From Coxiellales bacterium (GTDB lineage: Bacteria; Pseudomonadota; Gammaproteobacteria; CBDETP01), in NCBI GenBank assembly GCA_965242995.1, contig CBDETP010000003.1:83304-147303 (forward strand): DNA of 64,000 bases, written 5' to 3'. The translations under genes and the position numbers were made by a program. Positions 19,774 to 32,300 of the stretch are shown here, piece by piece. The notes beneath the pieces are model-generated. The model did no database searches. It had not been told where the DNA came from and saw nothing but the letters and a program-made list of their open reading frames with translations. Each line of letters begins with the position of its first letter. Within the stretch, counting starts at the first letter, position 1.

Positions 19774-21048
19774 ATGCAACCAATACGCTCCGTACGGGGA
19801 ATGAATGATTTTAAACCGGATGAAACGCCTAGCTGGCTGTATGTGGAAGAGATTTGTCGGCATTTATGCCAAAGTTATGGTTACCACGAAATACGATTTC
19901 CTATTGTTGAGCAGACGGATTTATTTCGTCGCACGGTGGGAGAGGTAACCGACATTGTTGAAAAAGAAATGTACACCTTCTCAGATCGCAACGGTGATCA
20001 GTTAAGTCTACGACCAGAAGGCACGGCTGGCTGTGTTCGAGCTGGGGTTGAGCAAGGCTTGTTGTATAATCAAATACAGCGCTTGTGGTACATGGGCCCC
20101 ATGTTCCGTCATGAGCGTCCACAAAAGGGTCGTTATCGGCAGTTTCATCAGCTAGGGGTTGAGGCTTTTGGCATTAAGGGTCCTGAGCTGGATGTCGAGT
20201 TAATACTTATTTGTGCGCGTTTATGGCGTGAGCTAGGCATAGCCAACCAGCTTGTGTTGCAAATTAATAGCCTTGGCACAACAGAAGTTCGAGCGTCGTA
20301 CCGCGAAAAACTAGTTGCTTATTTTAAACAGCACCATCATTTACTAGATGCTGATTCAGTTAAGCGCCTAGCATCTAATCCGCTACGTATTTTAGACAGT
20401 AAAAATCCAGCGATGGCTGACATGCTAGCTGGTGCGCCGGCATTATTAGATGAGCTTGATGAGCCAGCGCGAGCTCACTTTGATACGGTGTGTCGCTTAT
20501 TAAAAGAGGCCGGTGTTGAATTTCAAATTAATCCTCGCTTAGTCAGAGGCTTGGATTATTACAATCAAACTGTCTTTGAATGGGTGACCGATGCTTTGGG
20601 TGCTCAAGGTACGGTAGCAGCTGGTGGGCGTTATGATGGCTTGGTTGAGCAACTGGGTGGCAAAGCAACGCCAGCAGCAGGTTTTGCTATTGGTCTAGAA
20701 AGATTGATTGGTTTAGTGTCACATCAACAGGAAATGAATTATTTCCCTCATGTTTATATGGTGTTGGGCGGCGATTTTGCTTATCATCACGGACTGGTTT
20801 TAGCCGAGTCGTTGCGCGACCAGGTGCCGGGTCTTCGGGTGGAGGTGGATTTAAGCGGAGCCTCAACTAAGGCGCAGTTTAAGCGCGCTGATAAAAGTGG
20901 TGCAGCATATGCTGTTGTACTAGGTGATGCTGAAGCGGGCAAAGAGGAAGTGACATTAAAGGCGCTGCAAAAAAATCAGGCGCCGCAATACTTTTCGGAG
21001 TTGGCATTGGCCAGTTTTTTATATGAAAAAATAATATTGGAGGCATAA
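19774..21048 (+). CDS. hisS: histidine--tRNA ligase
   Basis: Class II aaRS motifs and a HisRS-specific N-terminus (MQPIRSVRGMNDF...) are present. GAGAGGA RBS lies before ATG 19774. Confidence 0.9.
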   Translation: MQPIRSVRGMNDFKPDETPSWLYVEEICRHLCQSYGYHEIRFPIVEQTDLFRRTVGEVTDIVEKEMYTFSDRNGDQLSLRPEGTAGCVRAGVEQGLLYNQIQRLWYMGPMFRHERPQKGRYRQFHQLGVEAFGIKGPELDVELILICARLWRELGIANQLVLQINSLGTTEVRASYREKLVAYFKQHHHLLDADSVKRLASNPLRILDSKNPAMADMLAGAPALLDELDEPARAHFDTVCRLLKEAGVEFQINPRLVRGLDYYNQTVFEWVTDALGAQGTVAAGGRYDGLVEQLGGKATPAAGFAIGLERLIGLVSHQQEMNYFPHVYMVLGGDFAYHHGLVLAESLRDQVPGLRVEVDLSGASTKAQFKRADKSGAAYAVVLGDAEAGKEEVTLKALQKNQAPQYFSELALASFLYEKIILEA

Positions 21049-21050
21049 AC

Positions 21051-21713
21051 GTGGCAGATTTTTCGAGTGATCAGGATCAAGTCGAGCAGTTAAAAAAATG
21101 GTGGCATAGCTATGGAAAGGTGCTTATTACTGCAATTGTTATTGGTTTGGCTGCAGGTTACGGCTGGAAATATTGGCAGGCGCAAAAGCTTGTTAATGCT
21201 GAGTCGGCATCAATGATGTATCAAGAAGTTTTGATGGCTGAAATGAGTGTGACTGAAAATAAAACGGCGCCCCTAATTAAAGCATTAAAAACAGAGTATC
21301 CCTCAACACCGTATGCCGCATTAGCGTCACTAATGGCAGCTAAAAATGCAGTTGCTGAAAAAAAATTACCCGAGGCATTGGCGGCTTTAGATTGGGTAAT
21401 TACTAAAAGCTCGGTGAAGGAGTTTAAGCAGATTGCTTATTTGCGTAAGGCTCGAGTACTGTCAGCACAGAAGAAATATGATCAAGCATTAGCAATATTA
21501 AAGTTAGTTAATGATGATGTTTTTTCTCCAGCAGCTGATGTTATTCGTGGAGATGTTTATGTTGCAAAGGGTGATATGCAGTTGGCTAGTCAGGCATATT
21601 TGGCGGCAAAAGATAGCTTTAACGCGCAAGACATGACGGATCAAATAACGCAATTAAAGTTGGCACGTTATGGTACTGCAGCACAGAATGGAGAGAAAAA
21701 GCATGCAAAATAA
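21051..21713 (+). CDS. yfgM: YfgM-like TPR membrane protein (UPF0070)
   Basis: Single N-terminal TM followed by a TPR-like periplasmic domain. It sits between hisS and bamB, as in E. coli. Confidence 0.55.
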   Translation: MADFSSDQDQVEQLKKWWHSYGKVLITAIVIGLAAGYGWKYWQAQKLVNAESASMMYQEVLMAEMSVTENKTAPLIKALKTEYPSTPYAALASLMAAKNAVAEKKLPEALAALDWVITKSSVKEFKQIAYLRKARVLSAQKKYDQALAILKLVNDDVFSPAADVIRGDVYVAKGDMQLASQAYLAAKDSFNAQDMTDQITQLKLARYGTAAQNGEKKHAK

Positions 21714-22869
21714 AATTCATTATTTTCTTAAGCCTATGCATCAAATGTTTGTCGCAGTAATGGTTCTCTTGCTTACTGGGTGTGCGCAACCAAACACTAA
21801 CTTAACGCCGCTGCCAAAAGTAAAGTCGGAGTTGCAGCTAACAAAAGTGTGGTCGAAATATTCTGTAGCAAGTACGGATGATCAATACTTACGACTACAG
21901 CCTGTTTTACAAAATGGCATTATTTATGCAGCAAGTGCAACAGGTCAGGTAAGTGCTATTGATGCCAAAAGCGGGAAAGTATTATGGAAAAAAGCAACTC
22001 GGACCGCAATTACTAGCGGCGTTGCTGTGGATTCACAGGGTGTTTTTGTTGGAACCTCTGCAGGTAATTTATTAGCCTTAAATAAAAAAAACGGCCAATG
22101 GTTATGGTATCAGCCGACTGCGGCGAGCATTGTATCAGCGCCATTAGTTTATGACGGTGATGTTTTTGTAAAAACAGAAGATGACTCTATGGTTGTGTTT
22201 AAAGCAGACTCTGGGCACTTAGTTTGGAATGCTCGAGCTAAAAGCCCCGACTTAGCGATACGCCTTGGTGGTGCGCCAGCAGTTGCTCAAGGTATTTTGG
22301 TTGTGCCAATGGCCGATGGCGAGTTAACTGCTTTTTACGCAAAAAGCGGTCAGCAAGCTTGGTCAATAGCCTTATCGTCTTCAGTCGGTGCGAGTGATGT
22401 GCAAAGAATGATTGATGCGGTTGTGACGCCAAAAGTTTATAAGGGTGTGGTCTATGCAGTAAACTATCAGGGTAACCTGGTTGCAGTAGCACTAAAAACA
22501 GGTAAGGTGCTATGGCAACGCAAGTTGTCAAGCTTAAGTGGGTTGGTTGTTGCAAATAATACCGTATATATCAGTGATGTTGCTGGACGAGTTTGGTCGC
22601 TAAATGCAAAAAGTGGTGCAGTTAATTGGCAGCAGAAAGCATTGGTCGGACGTAGTTTAGGAGCGGTTTCATTAATGGGCAATAGCCTGGTGGTTGGAGA
22701 TGCTGGTGGTTATTTGCATTGGCTATCGTTGACTGACGGCCATTTAATGGAGCAAATTCAAATAAGTGGACGAGCAATTATTGCCGCACCATTAGTTCAG
22801 GGTGATCGAGTTTATGCCACAGCTATTAATGGTCGCTTAGTTGCTTATCAGGTCAAACCTATTCTTTAA
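21703..22869 (+). CDS. bamB: outer-membrane protein assembly factor BamB (PQQ beta-propeller lipoprotein)
   Basis: Lipobox LLTGCAQ with repeated PQQ-like blades (G.VYA...DG.L.ALDAKTG..LW). Confidence 0.8.
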   Translation: MQNKIHYFLKPMHQMFVAVMVLLLTGCAQPNTNLTPLPKVKSELQLTKVWSKYSVASTDDQYLRLQPVLQNGIIYAASATGQVSAIDAKSGKVLWKKATRTAITSGVAVDSQGVFVGTSAGNLLALNKKNGQWLWYQPTAASIVSAPLVYDGDVFVKTEDDSMVVFKADSGHLVWNARAKSPDLAIRLGGAPAVAQGILVVPMADGELTAFYAKSGQQAWSIALSSSVGASDVQRMIDAVVTPKVYKGVVYAVNYQGNLVAVALKTGKVLWQRKLSSLSGLVVANNTVYISDVAGRVWSLNAKSGAVNWQQKALVGRSLGAVSLMGNSLVVGDAGGYLHWLSLTDGHLMEQIQISGRAIIAAPLVQGDRVYATAINGRLVAYQVKPIL

Positions 22870-23668
22870 TGAAAATATAGATTTGGTTCATAAGTTTTTT
22901 ATAGCTTCATGCCCTCAGTATTGATTTATGCTGGGGGTTTTTTTTAACCTTAAGTTCTTTATTTTGAGGTATGTGTCATTTCTTTGCAGCAGGATCCCAT
23001 CTGCCACCAAACGCCTTGGCTTCATCTTTTTCAGGGGGTGGAACACTTAGTCAAAAAAATTATTATGAATATATGTTTTGCAAAATAGCTAAACATAAGC
23101 GTAATTTAATGGTTTTTGTTACAAAGGAAAAAGCTAGACAATAAGATAGTCAGCGCTGATAGTGGTGCTATCCATAGAAGATGAACAGCTAGGTGAAGCT
23201 CTTGAGTCAATGAATTATCCGTGATTCGAGAATAAAATAATAGACCGCTTAAGGTAGTGGCTATGAAAAAGCATAATAGACTACTGATTGAGATGATTTT
23301 GAGATGATTTTGAGATTCTAGGATAAATAACCGGATATGGATGAAGGATCATTTTTTCTTAAATATTGAGATAAGAAGCGACGGGAGCTTATATTTATTC
23401 CTAGTAAAACAATTGTTGATGCAATTCCAAGGACGCGCAGAGCAAGAGAGATGTCACCGTATAGACTGGCTGACATATTTCTTGCAAGGTATATGTTGAA
23501 TGAAATTCGAATAAAATAGCCAGTAGTGGCAAGTAAAAATAAATAAATTAGAGTCTTGGTTCAAAATTAATTTTTTTGCATGCTGCGTTTCCCCAATTTA
23601 TTTTATTGGAATAACTGATTCGTAGCCTCTAATTATTTCATCCAATAGTTGAACGTAATAACAAGTAA

Positions 23669-25690
23669 TTATTTTAATTTTATCAGTGTCACAGAGCCAT
23701 CCCAAGGTCGAGAAATAATTTTGACTGGTGCTTGCAGGCGTTTTTGTTGCCAGGATTGTAAGTCTTTGTTTAATTGGCTCATGATACCTTTAGTGCTAAA
23801 AGTGTCTTGCTGATCAGCTTTAATAGCCAATAACGCTGTGGGGCCGTGGTGATAAGTCATGTTGCCTAGCCAAACGGGCATGCCGTTAGGCGCTAATTTC
23901 ACTCCGGATTGCCATAGCCGTATTTCAATTTCACTATTTTGGCCAGCAATATGTTTGATGAAAATAATTTTAGGCGCTAGGTTTCTGTATAGTCTTGGTA
24001 GTATTGGCATGTGATATTCTGGGTTTAGGGAGCCGAGTCGCTGCAGTCTATCTTTTAAGCTTTTAGGGCGTTGATATATTTTCCAGTCATCTTTTAATAA
24101 AGAAGCTTTAATAGTTGGAAGTGTCCCGGCCCATTGAATGTTGAAAGGTTCGGCAGGTTGGCCAAAACGGTTCGTGCGATAAACAGGTAATTTGCTGAAA
24201 GGATTTTGCCACCAGCTATTGCTATGGACAGTATAGCTTGGCCAATAGGGTTTATAATTATGTAATTGTTGGTTAAATTTGAAAAAGCAAAAAACAGACC
24301 AAGGAAGCAAAAAGCTAATGAGTACAACTACGTTGTATTGTTTGATAGGCACGGCAATGTGTGATCGACGTCGGTGAGAGCAAATAACAACGAGTAGAAT
24401 GCTCGTTCCTAAAAACAATGAGCCAACAACATCAGACAGCCAGTGAGCACCCAAGTAAAGACGAGAGAGGGCGACAGATAAAATGGTCACCGTTGCAACC
24501 GTGTAAATAGCATAGTGCCATTTACCCTTAATAGATCGAGAAAATAAATAAGCCAGAAAACCAAAAATAGTATAGGCCAATAAGCAGTGACCACTGGGAA
24601 ATGAGTGTGTTAATGCTTGGTGAGTAATGCCGTGTGGTCTTTGTGAATGAATAGCCCACTTAAAAAAGCCGATGCACAGAACCGATAGTGTCACTAAAAT
24701 GAGCCAGTGAACCAAGGTGTAGATGTTTTTATTATAAGCTAGCCATAAGCTGAAAATAGCTGCGCCAACCAGAATAACGCTTTTTTGGGCCAGCAAGGTG
24801 ACGCCCAAAGCGAGGTAGCTTAACCAAGTTGTGTGAAAGCTTTGGAGTGTATAGAAAATTTCATTGTTAAGGTGAGTCAGCTCGCCATGAGATAAAACGC
24901 TGCTGCCTAGTGCTATAAAGCAAATAAAGCTAAGGCCTGCAATAATTACCATTGTTAGTTGTGAGTGATCATTGCGATCAGTTTGGTTGGTGATTAAATT
25001 AATTAAAAAGTGCGTAGGTTTTTTTGCTTGTAGCCAAGACCATAATTTATCAATGCTGTTGTTAGTCATGCGAGTGAGGTGATTTAAGCTGCGTTTGATT
25101 AACCAGATAACTAGCCAAAATAAAACCAACAAGCCAAGAATGATTAAAATAAATTTTGTGGCCTGACCTTTGGGTAGCTCCATAGAAAGCGCGCCGACTA
25201 AAATACCTGGGAAAATATAGAGCATAGCCCAGAGAAACGCAGAAGGAATGACTGAAAAAACAAAAATAGGTGTTTTCACTCGAAGAGCACCGGCTACCAA
25301 AGGCATAGTGCTGCGTAAAGGACCGACAAAGCGGCCTAATAAAATACTTTTTCCGCCATGTTTTTTTAGAAAACGCTCACCGTAGTTTAGCCATTCTTTC
25401 TTTTTATTAAACGGCCAGATATTGCGAATTTGCTCATGATAAATTGAGCCTAAGACAAAGCCCAGGGTGTCACCGGCTAAAGCGCCAATGACGGCAAATA
25501 AAAATGTACTATCAAAAGGAATAACGGCTGAGCCAATAAGTGCACCAAGGGCAGTCATGGTGACAGAGCCTGGAATAATAGTGCCAACCACCGGCACCGA
25601 CTCAAGAAAGGAAATAACAAAGGCAGCAATTTTACCTGCATTAGGGTGGGTTTTTAAATAACCAATAAGCGGCTCAATGCTAAAATACAT
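23669..25690 (-). CDS. three-domain membrane protein: DedA/SNARE-associated N-domain + PAP2 phosphatase + LssY_C-like C-terminal domain
   Basis: The DedA region reads VPVVGTIIPG...FVGPLRSTMPLVAG. PAP2 motifs are present (KxxxxxxRP: IHSQRPHG; PSGH; SRLYLGAHWLSD). The C-terminal ~240 aa are soluble and resemble the domain found C-terminal to PAP2 in LssY-family proteins. Confidence 0.6.
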   Translation of the reverse strand: MYFSIEPLIGYLKTHPNAGKIAAFVISFLESVPVVGTIIPGSVTMTALGALIGSAVIPFDSTFLFAVIGALAGDTLGFVLGSIYHEQIRNIWPFNKKKEWLNYGERFLKKHGGKSILLGRFVGPLRSTMPLVAGALRVKTPIFVFSVIPSAFLWAMLYIFPGILVGALSMELPKGQATKFILIILGLLVLFWLVIWLIKRSLNHLTRMTNNSIDKLWSWLQAKKPTHFLINLITNQTDRNDHSQLTMVIIAGLSFICFIALGSSVLSHGELTHLNNEIFYTLQSFHTTWLSYLALGVTLLAQKSVILVGAAIFSLWLAYNKNIYTLVHWLILVTLSVLCIGFFKWAIHSQRPHGITHQALTHSFPSGHCLLAYTIFGFLAYLFSRSIKGKWHYAIYTVATVTILSVALSRLYLGAHWLSDVVGSLFLGTSILLVVICSHRRRSHIAVPIKQYNVVVLISFLLPWSVFCFFKFNQQLHNYKPYWPSYTVHSNSWWQNPFSKLPVYRTNRFGQPAEPFNIQWAGTLPTIKASLLKDDWKIYQRPKSLKDRLQRLGSLNPEYHMPILPRLYRNLAPKIIFIKHIAGQNSEIEIRLWQSGVKLAPNGMPVWLGNMTYHHGPTALLAIKADQQDTFSTKGIMSQLNKDLQSWQQKRLQAPVKIISRPWDGSVTLIKLK

Positions 25691-25723
25691 AAGAATTTTC
25701 CTTATTCTTTGGTTGTTGTCATG

Positions 25724-26671
25724 CTAGGAGACTTCTTCTCCTTGTGCCTGTAGGTCTGCATGGTAGGAGGATCTGACCAGAGGCCCACTGGCAACTTGGC
25801 TAAAGCCCATTCTGAGGGCTTCTTGCTTGAATATTTTGAATTGGGCAGGTGGAACATAGCGGTCAACTGGCATATGGAAGCGACTGGGTTGTAGGTACTG
25901 ACCGAGAGTCAGCATGTCAACGTCATGCTCACGTAAAGCTTGTAGCACCTCGATGACTTCTTGGTCGGTTTCACCAAGGCCGAGCATCATGCCAGACTTG
26001 GTTGGAATGCCAGGATAACGCTCTTTGAATTTTTGCAGTAAAAGCAATGACCAGTTAAAGTCTGAGCCAGGGCGTGCCTGTTTATAAAGGCGGGGAGCGG
26101 TTTCAATATTGTGATTAAAAACATCCGGTAGAGCAGGCTGCATCGCATCTAAGGCTTTTTCCATTCGGCCGCGATAGTCGGGCACAAGGACTTCAATTTT
26201 TGTTTGAGGTGTTTGTTTGCGGATTTCATCAATGCAGGAGGTGAAATGGCCAGAGCCACCATCACGAAGATCATCACGATCCACGGATGTGATGACGACG
26301 TATTTCAAATTCATTGTGGCGATGGTGTCGGCTAACTTTTTAGGCTCATCGGTGTCTAGCGGATCCGGACGACCGTGACCAACATCACAAAAACTGCAGC
26401 GTCTTGTACACTTATCACCCATGATCATGAAAGTGGCGGTGCCATGAGAAAAGCATTCGCTCAAATTTGGGCAGCTTGCCTCTTCACAGACGGTGACCAT
26501 GTCGTTTTTGCGCAGTAAGGATTTTAGCTCACCAACTTTACTGTTAGTGGGGACCTTAATTCTAATCCAGTCAGGTTTCGCGATGGGTTCTCTTTGTTCA
26601 ACCTTAACGGGGATTCGCGCTAATTTATCAGCACCTTTAGATTTTTTTAATGGATCGATTTTTCTACTCAT
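25724..26671 (-). CDS. lipA: lipoyl synthase
   Basis: Radical-SAM motif CxxxCxxC ([10 protein letters not shown]) and an N-terminal Cys cluster ([12 protein letters not shown]). Confidence 0.9.
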   Translation of the reverse strand: MSRKIDPLKKSKGADKLARIPVKVEQREPIAKPDWIRIKVPTNSKVGELKSLLRKNDMVTVCEEASCPNLSECFSHGTATFMIMGDKCTRRCSFCDVGHGRPDPLDTDEPKKLADTIATMNLKYVVITSVDRDDLRDGGSGHFTSCIDEIRKQTPQTKIEVLVPDYRGRMEKALDAMQPALPDVFNHNIETAPRLYKQARPGSDFNWSLLLLQKFKERYPGIPTKSGMMLGLGETDQEVIEVLQALREHDVDMLTLGQYLQPSRFHMPVDRYVPPAQFKIFKQEALRMGFSQVASGPLVRSSYHADLQAQGEEVS

Positions 26672-27336
26672 GATAGATGACTTGTTAACTCATTAAGATT
26701 GGTTTGAACGGGCTTGACAGCAGTATAACCGAAATTTTGACAAATTGTTTTAATTATTTGTTGAATCACATCATTTTTATTAGGTTCTGGTAAATAATCA
26801 GCCAGCTGTTTGATGTTTAGCTTGTTGAAACCGCAAGGGTTAATGCAGGTGAATGGTTTTAGGTCCATTTGTAGGTTAAAAGCAATACCATGATAGCTGC
26901 AAAATTTTCTGACTCGCAACCCGATGGAGGCAATTTTGCCATCGTCAGTGTAAACGCCCGGCGCATCACGACGGCTAAAAGCGGGGATATTGAAGTGTTG
27001 AAGTGTTTTGATAATACTTTCTTCAAGCCCTACAACCAGCTCTCGAGTATTGATTTGCAGACGTTTTAAATCCCATAAGGTGTAAATGAGCAGTTGGCCA
27101 GGCCCGTGATAAGTGATTTGTCCGCCCCGATCAGTTTGTATAATAGGAATCTCGCCGGTCTCACTGATGATGTGTTTTGCTAAACCGGCCTGCCCTTGAG
27201 TGAAGACTGGCTTATGTTCCAGCAGCCAAATTTCATCGATGGTTTCTTTATTGCGAGTGCCCGTAAAATGACGCATGGCCTGCCAAATTGTTTGGTAAGG
27301 CTGGAGCTCTGTAAGTTGGCGAATAATAAGTTGCAT
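26668..27336 (-). CDS. lipB: octanoyltransferase (lipoyl(octanoyl) transferase)
   Basis: 222 aa with LipB-like sequence. Overlaps lipA by 4 nt. Confidence 0.85.
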   Translation of the reverse strand: MQLIIRQLTELQPYQTIWQAMRHFTGTRNKETIDEIWLLEHKPVFTQGQAGLAKHIISETGEIPIIQTDRGGQITYHGPGQLLIYTLWDLKRLQINTRELVVGLEESIIKTLQHFNIPAFSRRDAPGVYTDDGKIASIGLRVRKFCSYHGIAFNLQMDLKPFTCINPCGFNKLNIKQLADYLPEPNKNDVIQQIIKTICQNFGYTAVKPVQTNLNELTSHLS

Positions 27337-27741
27337 AATTAAGTCGTGAGTGTCTGTGAAGACAATGAATACGTGGTTAAGCGCTATTGTTAATTATTTT
27401 TGCTTTTTTATCAATGGTTTTGATCAAGGTCTTTAAGTGCTAGTTAATACGCGTAGTAAACTTGTGACTAATATTGAATAGAATTGAAGGATTTTTTTTT
27501 GTTTAATGGTATTTTTATCATTATCTTATCTTCTTTTCTTTAAGTTAATTGTTATTGTTTTTTTGTCTGGCTAGCTATGCTTGACCAATTAAGGTTCAAT
27601 GAGGCGTTTTATCGCTGAGGCTGTCTCATATTTGATCGGTGAAGATCTTGTTATCGCAGAGACTCTGGCTATCTGGAAATAAAAATAATACTTTTTAATC
27701 AATGACTTTTTAGTGTTTGATAAAGTATAGGTTAGGTTTTT

Positions 27742-29184
27742 TTATTCACCCTTGAGCTTTTGCTTAAGTAAATCATTAACCTGCTTTGGATTAGCTTTAC
27801 CTTTGGTTGCTCGCATCGCCTGACCAACAAAATAACTGAAGAGTTTTTCTTTTCCAGCGCGAAAGTCAGCAAGTTGTTCTGGGTTGTTTGCAATGATTTC
27901 ATCAATGACTTTTTCAATAGCATCGCTGTCAGTAATTTGTTTTAAGCCTTGCTTGTCAATAATCGTGTCTGCATCACCTTCGCCATTTAACATGGCGTGG
28001 AAAACTTTTTTAGCAATACTGTTAGAGATGGTATTGTCATCAATTCTTGCTAGCAATTCAGCGAATCGTTCCGGTGTGATAGGGCTCTGGGATAAGCTTA
28101 AGCCCTGCTTGTTTAGCGCAGCATTTAGTTCCCCTAGAATCCAGTTGGCAGCGGCTTTAGGACTGATTTTTAAATCATCAAAACCAATGCTGTTTTCAAA
28201 GAATTGAGCAAGAGAGATCGATTGTGAAAGGGTGCGGGCCTCTTCTTCGCTCAGCTGATAGCTCTGTTGATAACGAGATTGTTTTTCCCAGGGTAGCTCC
28301 GGCATGTCAGCCTTGACAGCAGAAACCAGATCTTTTTCAAGAATGACGGGTAATAAATCTGGGTCGTTAAAGTAGCGATAATCCATGGCTTCTTCTTTTT
28401 CTCGCATAGAGCGTGTTTCATTTCTATTGGGATCGTATAGGCGTGTTTCCTGAATAATTGCGCCATTATTTTCAAGGATATCTTGTTGGCGCTCTATTTC
28501 GCAGTGGATAGCTTGTTCAACAAAACGGAAAGAGTTGAGATTCTTGAGCTCTACCCGAGTGCCAAAGGCCGCTTGTCCTTTAGGTCGTAATGAAATATTG
28601 ACATCACAACGGAATGAGCCTTCCTGCATGTTTCCGTCAGAAATACCCAAGTAGCGAACGAGTGTGCGCATGGTCTTTAAATAGGCAACAGCCTCTTCGG
28701 CATTACGCATGTCTGGTTCTGAGACAATTTCTAATAATGGTGTGCCGGCTCGGTTAAGGTCGATACCAGTTTGCCCTGGCAAAATGCCATGAATGGATTT
28801 TCCAGCATCCTCTTCAAGGTGGGCTCGGGTGATACCAATGGTTTTTTGCTGGCCACCGACCATAATGTTTATTTGACCCTGGCCAACAATCGGTAAGTTG
28901 TGTTGGCTAATTTGGTAGCCTTTTGGCGAGTCTGGGTAGAAGTAATTCTTTCTGGCAAAAACAGAGCAATGATTAATATCTGCATTAACACTTAAGCCAA
29001 ATTTAACAGCCATGGCCAGCACCGCCTTATTTAAAACAGGCAGTGTGCCAGGCAAGGCTAGATCAATATTACACGCTTGCGTGTTGGCCGGCTGGCCAAA
29101 TTCACAAGGCGCCGATGAGAATATTTTTGATTCGGTCGCTAATTGAGTGTGAACTTCAAGACCAATAACAGTTTCCCAATTCAT
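27742..29184 (-). CDS. gatB: Asp-tRNA(Asn)/Glu-tRNA(Gln) amidotransferase subunit B
   Basis: 480 aa. N-terminus [15 protein letters not shown] is typical GatB. Confidence 0.9.
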   Translation of the reverse strand: MNWETVIGLEVHTQLATESKIFSSAPCEFGQPANTQACNIDLALPGTLPVLNKAVLAMAVKFGLSVNADINHCSVFARKNYFYPDSPKGYQISQHNLPIVGQGQINIMVGGQQKTIGITRAHLEEDAGKSIHGILPGQTGIDLNRAGTPLLEIVSEPDMRNAEEAVAYLKTMRTLVRYLGISDGNMQEGSFRCDVNISLRPKGQAAFGTRVELKNLNSFRFVEQAIHCEIERQQDILENNGAIIQETRLYDPNRNETRSMREKEEAMDYRYFNDPDLLPVILEKDLVSAVKADMPELPWEKQSRYQQSYQLSEEEARTLSQSISLAQFFENSIGFDDLKISPKAAANWILGELNAALNKQGLSLSQSPITPERFAELLARIDDNTISNSIAKKVFHAMLNGEGDADTIIDKQGLKQITDSDAIEKVIDEIIANNPEQLADFRAGKEKLFSYFVGQAMRATKGKANPKQVNDLLKQKLKGE

Positions 29185-29195
29185 GATGATATCCT

Positions 29196-30653
29196 TTATT
29201 TAAACGCTTCTGGGCAATGTTTGTGCCAATCAGTTTCTTGTTGGTAAACATGAACAGCGTTCAGCAATAACGCTTCTTCAAAAAAATTACCAATTAATTG
29301 AAAGCCTGTTGGTAAGCCTTTGGGGTTAAAGCCGTTAGGAGCAGTGATAGCTGGAATGCCAGCTAAACTAGCGGCAACCGTATATACGTCAGATTCGTAC
29401 ATTTTTAGTGGGTCGGCTGATTTTTCACCAACCTTGAAAGCAGCCGTTGGTGTGGTGGGTGTTAAAATAAAATCAACTTGTTTGAATGCTTCAACAAAAT
29501 CACTTTGAATCAGACGGCGGGCCTTTTGTGCTTTTAGGTAGTAGGCATCGTAAGAGCTGGAAGATAGTACGTGGGTACCAATAATAATTCGTCTTTGGAC
29601 TTCTTCTCCAAACCCTTCGGAGCGACTTCGAACATAAAGATCTTCCAGTGAGCTAGGGTTTTCGCATCGGTAGCCGTAGCGAACACCGTCATAGCGCGAC
29701 AAGTTGGAGGAGCATTCCGCTGGAGCAATAATATAATAAGATGGTGCTGCAAGGTGTGTGTGTGGCAAGTTAATGTCAACGAAAGTGGCTCCTTGGCTTT
29801 TATAAAAATCCATGGTGGCTTCTAATTGCTTGCCCATTGCTTCGCTAGTTTCAATCGCAAAATATTCTTTGGGAAGGCCAATTTTTAGCCCTTTTAGTGG
29901 TTTGCTTAGTGTTGCTGTGTAATCTGGCACGGGCTCTTTTGAGGTGGTTGAGTCTTTTTCATCGTATCCTGCCATGGCATTTAGCAGCAAAGCCGCATCT
30001 TCTGCTGTTTGGGTCATTGGGCCGCCGTTATCGAGACTTGATGCAAAGGCGATCATGCCATAACGAGAGGTTCTACCATAAGTAGGTTTGAGGCCAGTAA
30101 TACCGCAAAACGCGGCAGGTTGTCGGATGGAGCCGCCGGTGTCTGTTCCTGTTGCAGCAGGAGCAAGTCTTGCTGCAACAGCTGCAGCAGATCCACCAGA
30201 AGAACCGCCAGGTATCATTTCAATGTTCCAGGGGTTTTTGCATTCGCCATAATAACTAGTTTCATTGGAAGAGCCCATCGCAAACTCATCCATGTTTGTT
30301 TTGCCAAGCATAATGCAGCCGGCCTCTTTAAGTCGACTAACGGTGGTAGCATCATACGGTGAGATAAAATTATCCAGCATTTTTGAGCCACAGCTTGTTT
30401 TAACACCCTCTGTGCAGAAAATATCTTTTTGAGCAATGGGGATGCCAGTCAGTGGTGATGCTTCGCCACGAGCAATCCTTTCATCAGCTTTTTTTGCTTC
30501 TTGAATGGCGTGTTCTGCTGTGACCGTGATATAGCTGTTTATATTTTTATCGAGTGTCTCTATGCGATTAAGAAAATGACGGGTGATTTCTTCACTACTG
30601 TATTGTTTTTTTTGTAGGCCTATGCTGATTTCAGCCAGTGTTTTTAAGTGCAT
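29196..30653 (-). CDS. gatA: Asp-tRNA(Asn)/Glu-tRNA(Gln) amidotransferase subunit A
   Basis: Amidase signature ([12 protein letters not shown]) is present. Start is taken at MHLKTL, 4 nt after the gatC stop with a GGAGA RBS. The longer ORF to 30674 overlaps gatC. Confidence 0.9.
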   Translation of the reverse strand: MHLKTLAEISIGLQKKQYSSEEITRHFLNRIETLDKNINSYITVTAEHAIQEAKKADERIARGEASPLTGIPIAQKDIFCTEGVKTSCGSKMLDNFISPYDATTVSRLKEAGCIMLGKTNMDEFAMGSSNETSYYGECKNPWNIEMIPGGSSGGSAAAVAARLAPAATGTDTGGSIRQPAAFCGITGLKPTYGRTSRYGMIAFASSLDNGGPMTQTAEDAALLLNAMAGYDEKDSTTSKEPVPDYTATLSKPLKGLKIGLPKEYFAIETSEAMGKQLEATMDFYKSQGATFVDINLPHTHLAAPSYYIIAPAECSSNLSRYDGVRYGYRCENPSSLEDLYVRSRSEGFGEEVQRRIIIGTHVLSSSSYDAYYLKAQKARRLIQSDFVEAFKQVDFILTPTTPTAAFKVGEKSADPLKMYESDVYTVAASLAGIPAITAPNGFNPKGLPTGFQLIGNFFEEALLLNAVHVYQQETDWHKHCPEAFK

Positions 30654-30657
30654 AACA

Positions 30658-30969
30658 TTATTCTCCATTATCAATAACTTGAGGCACTAGGTAGAGGTTT
30701 TCAGTTGTGCTAGGTGCAAGTGCTTGAAATTTATTCCGTTGAATGTTGTCATTTTTGATATCTTCTCGCAGTGGTTGAATTTGTTCTAAGGGATGCAGTA
30801 GTGGCTTTATTCCAGTGAAGTCGGTCCCATCCATTTGATCAACAAATGAGATGATTCGTTCCATTTTTTCTAGCAGTTTAGGTTGTTTGTCTTTAGGGAT
30901 GTTAAGTTTTGCAAGTTCCGCTAGTTTGCTGAAACGGTTTAAACTTAACTCATTTATTGGTTTTGCCAT
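30658..30969 (-). CDS. gatC: Asp-tRNA(Asn)/Glu-tRNA(Gln) amidotransferase subunit C
   Basis: About 100 aa. gatC-gatA-gatB operon order. Confidence 0.75.
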   Translation of the reverse strand: MAKPINELSLNRFSKLAELAKLNIPKDKQPKLLEKMERIISFVDQMDGTDFTGIKPLLHPLEQIQPLREDIKNDNIQRNKFQALAPSTTENLYLVPQVIDNGE

Positions 30970-31095
30970 AATAAGCTCCTCGTAAGACCGGCCATTATAA
31001 CGGGTACGAGGGGTGTTTGGTCAAGTTTCTTTTTCTCGACAGTTTTTAATATTTCAGTTAGAGTGTCTTTCGGGTTTAATTTTTTGCAGGCTTAG

Positions 31096-32190
<1,095 letters not shown>

Positions 32191-32300
32191 AGTAACGCTT
32201 CAATTGATTGGTTTAAGCTCTGTAAGTTTTTTGAGGTGATGTCATTAAGTTTATTTTTTCACGTAAATCATCGGCCGGTTTTCGAGCCTTTGTTTTTGCG

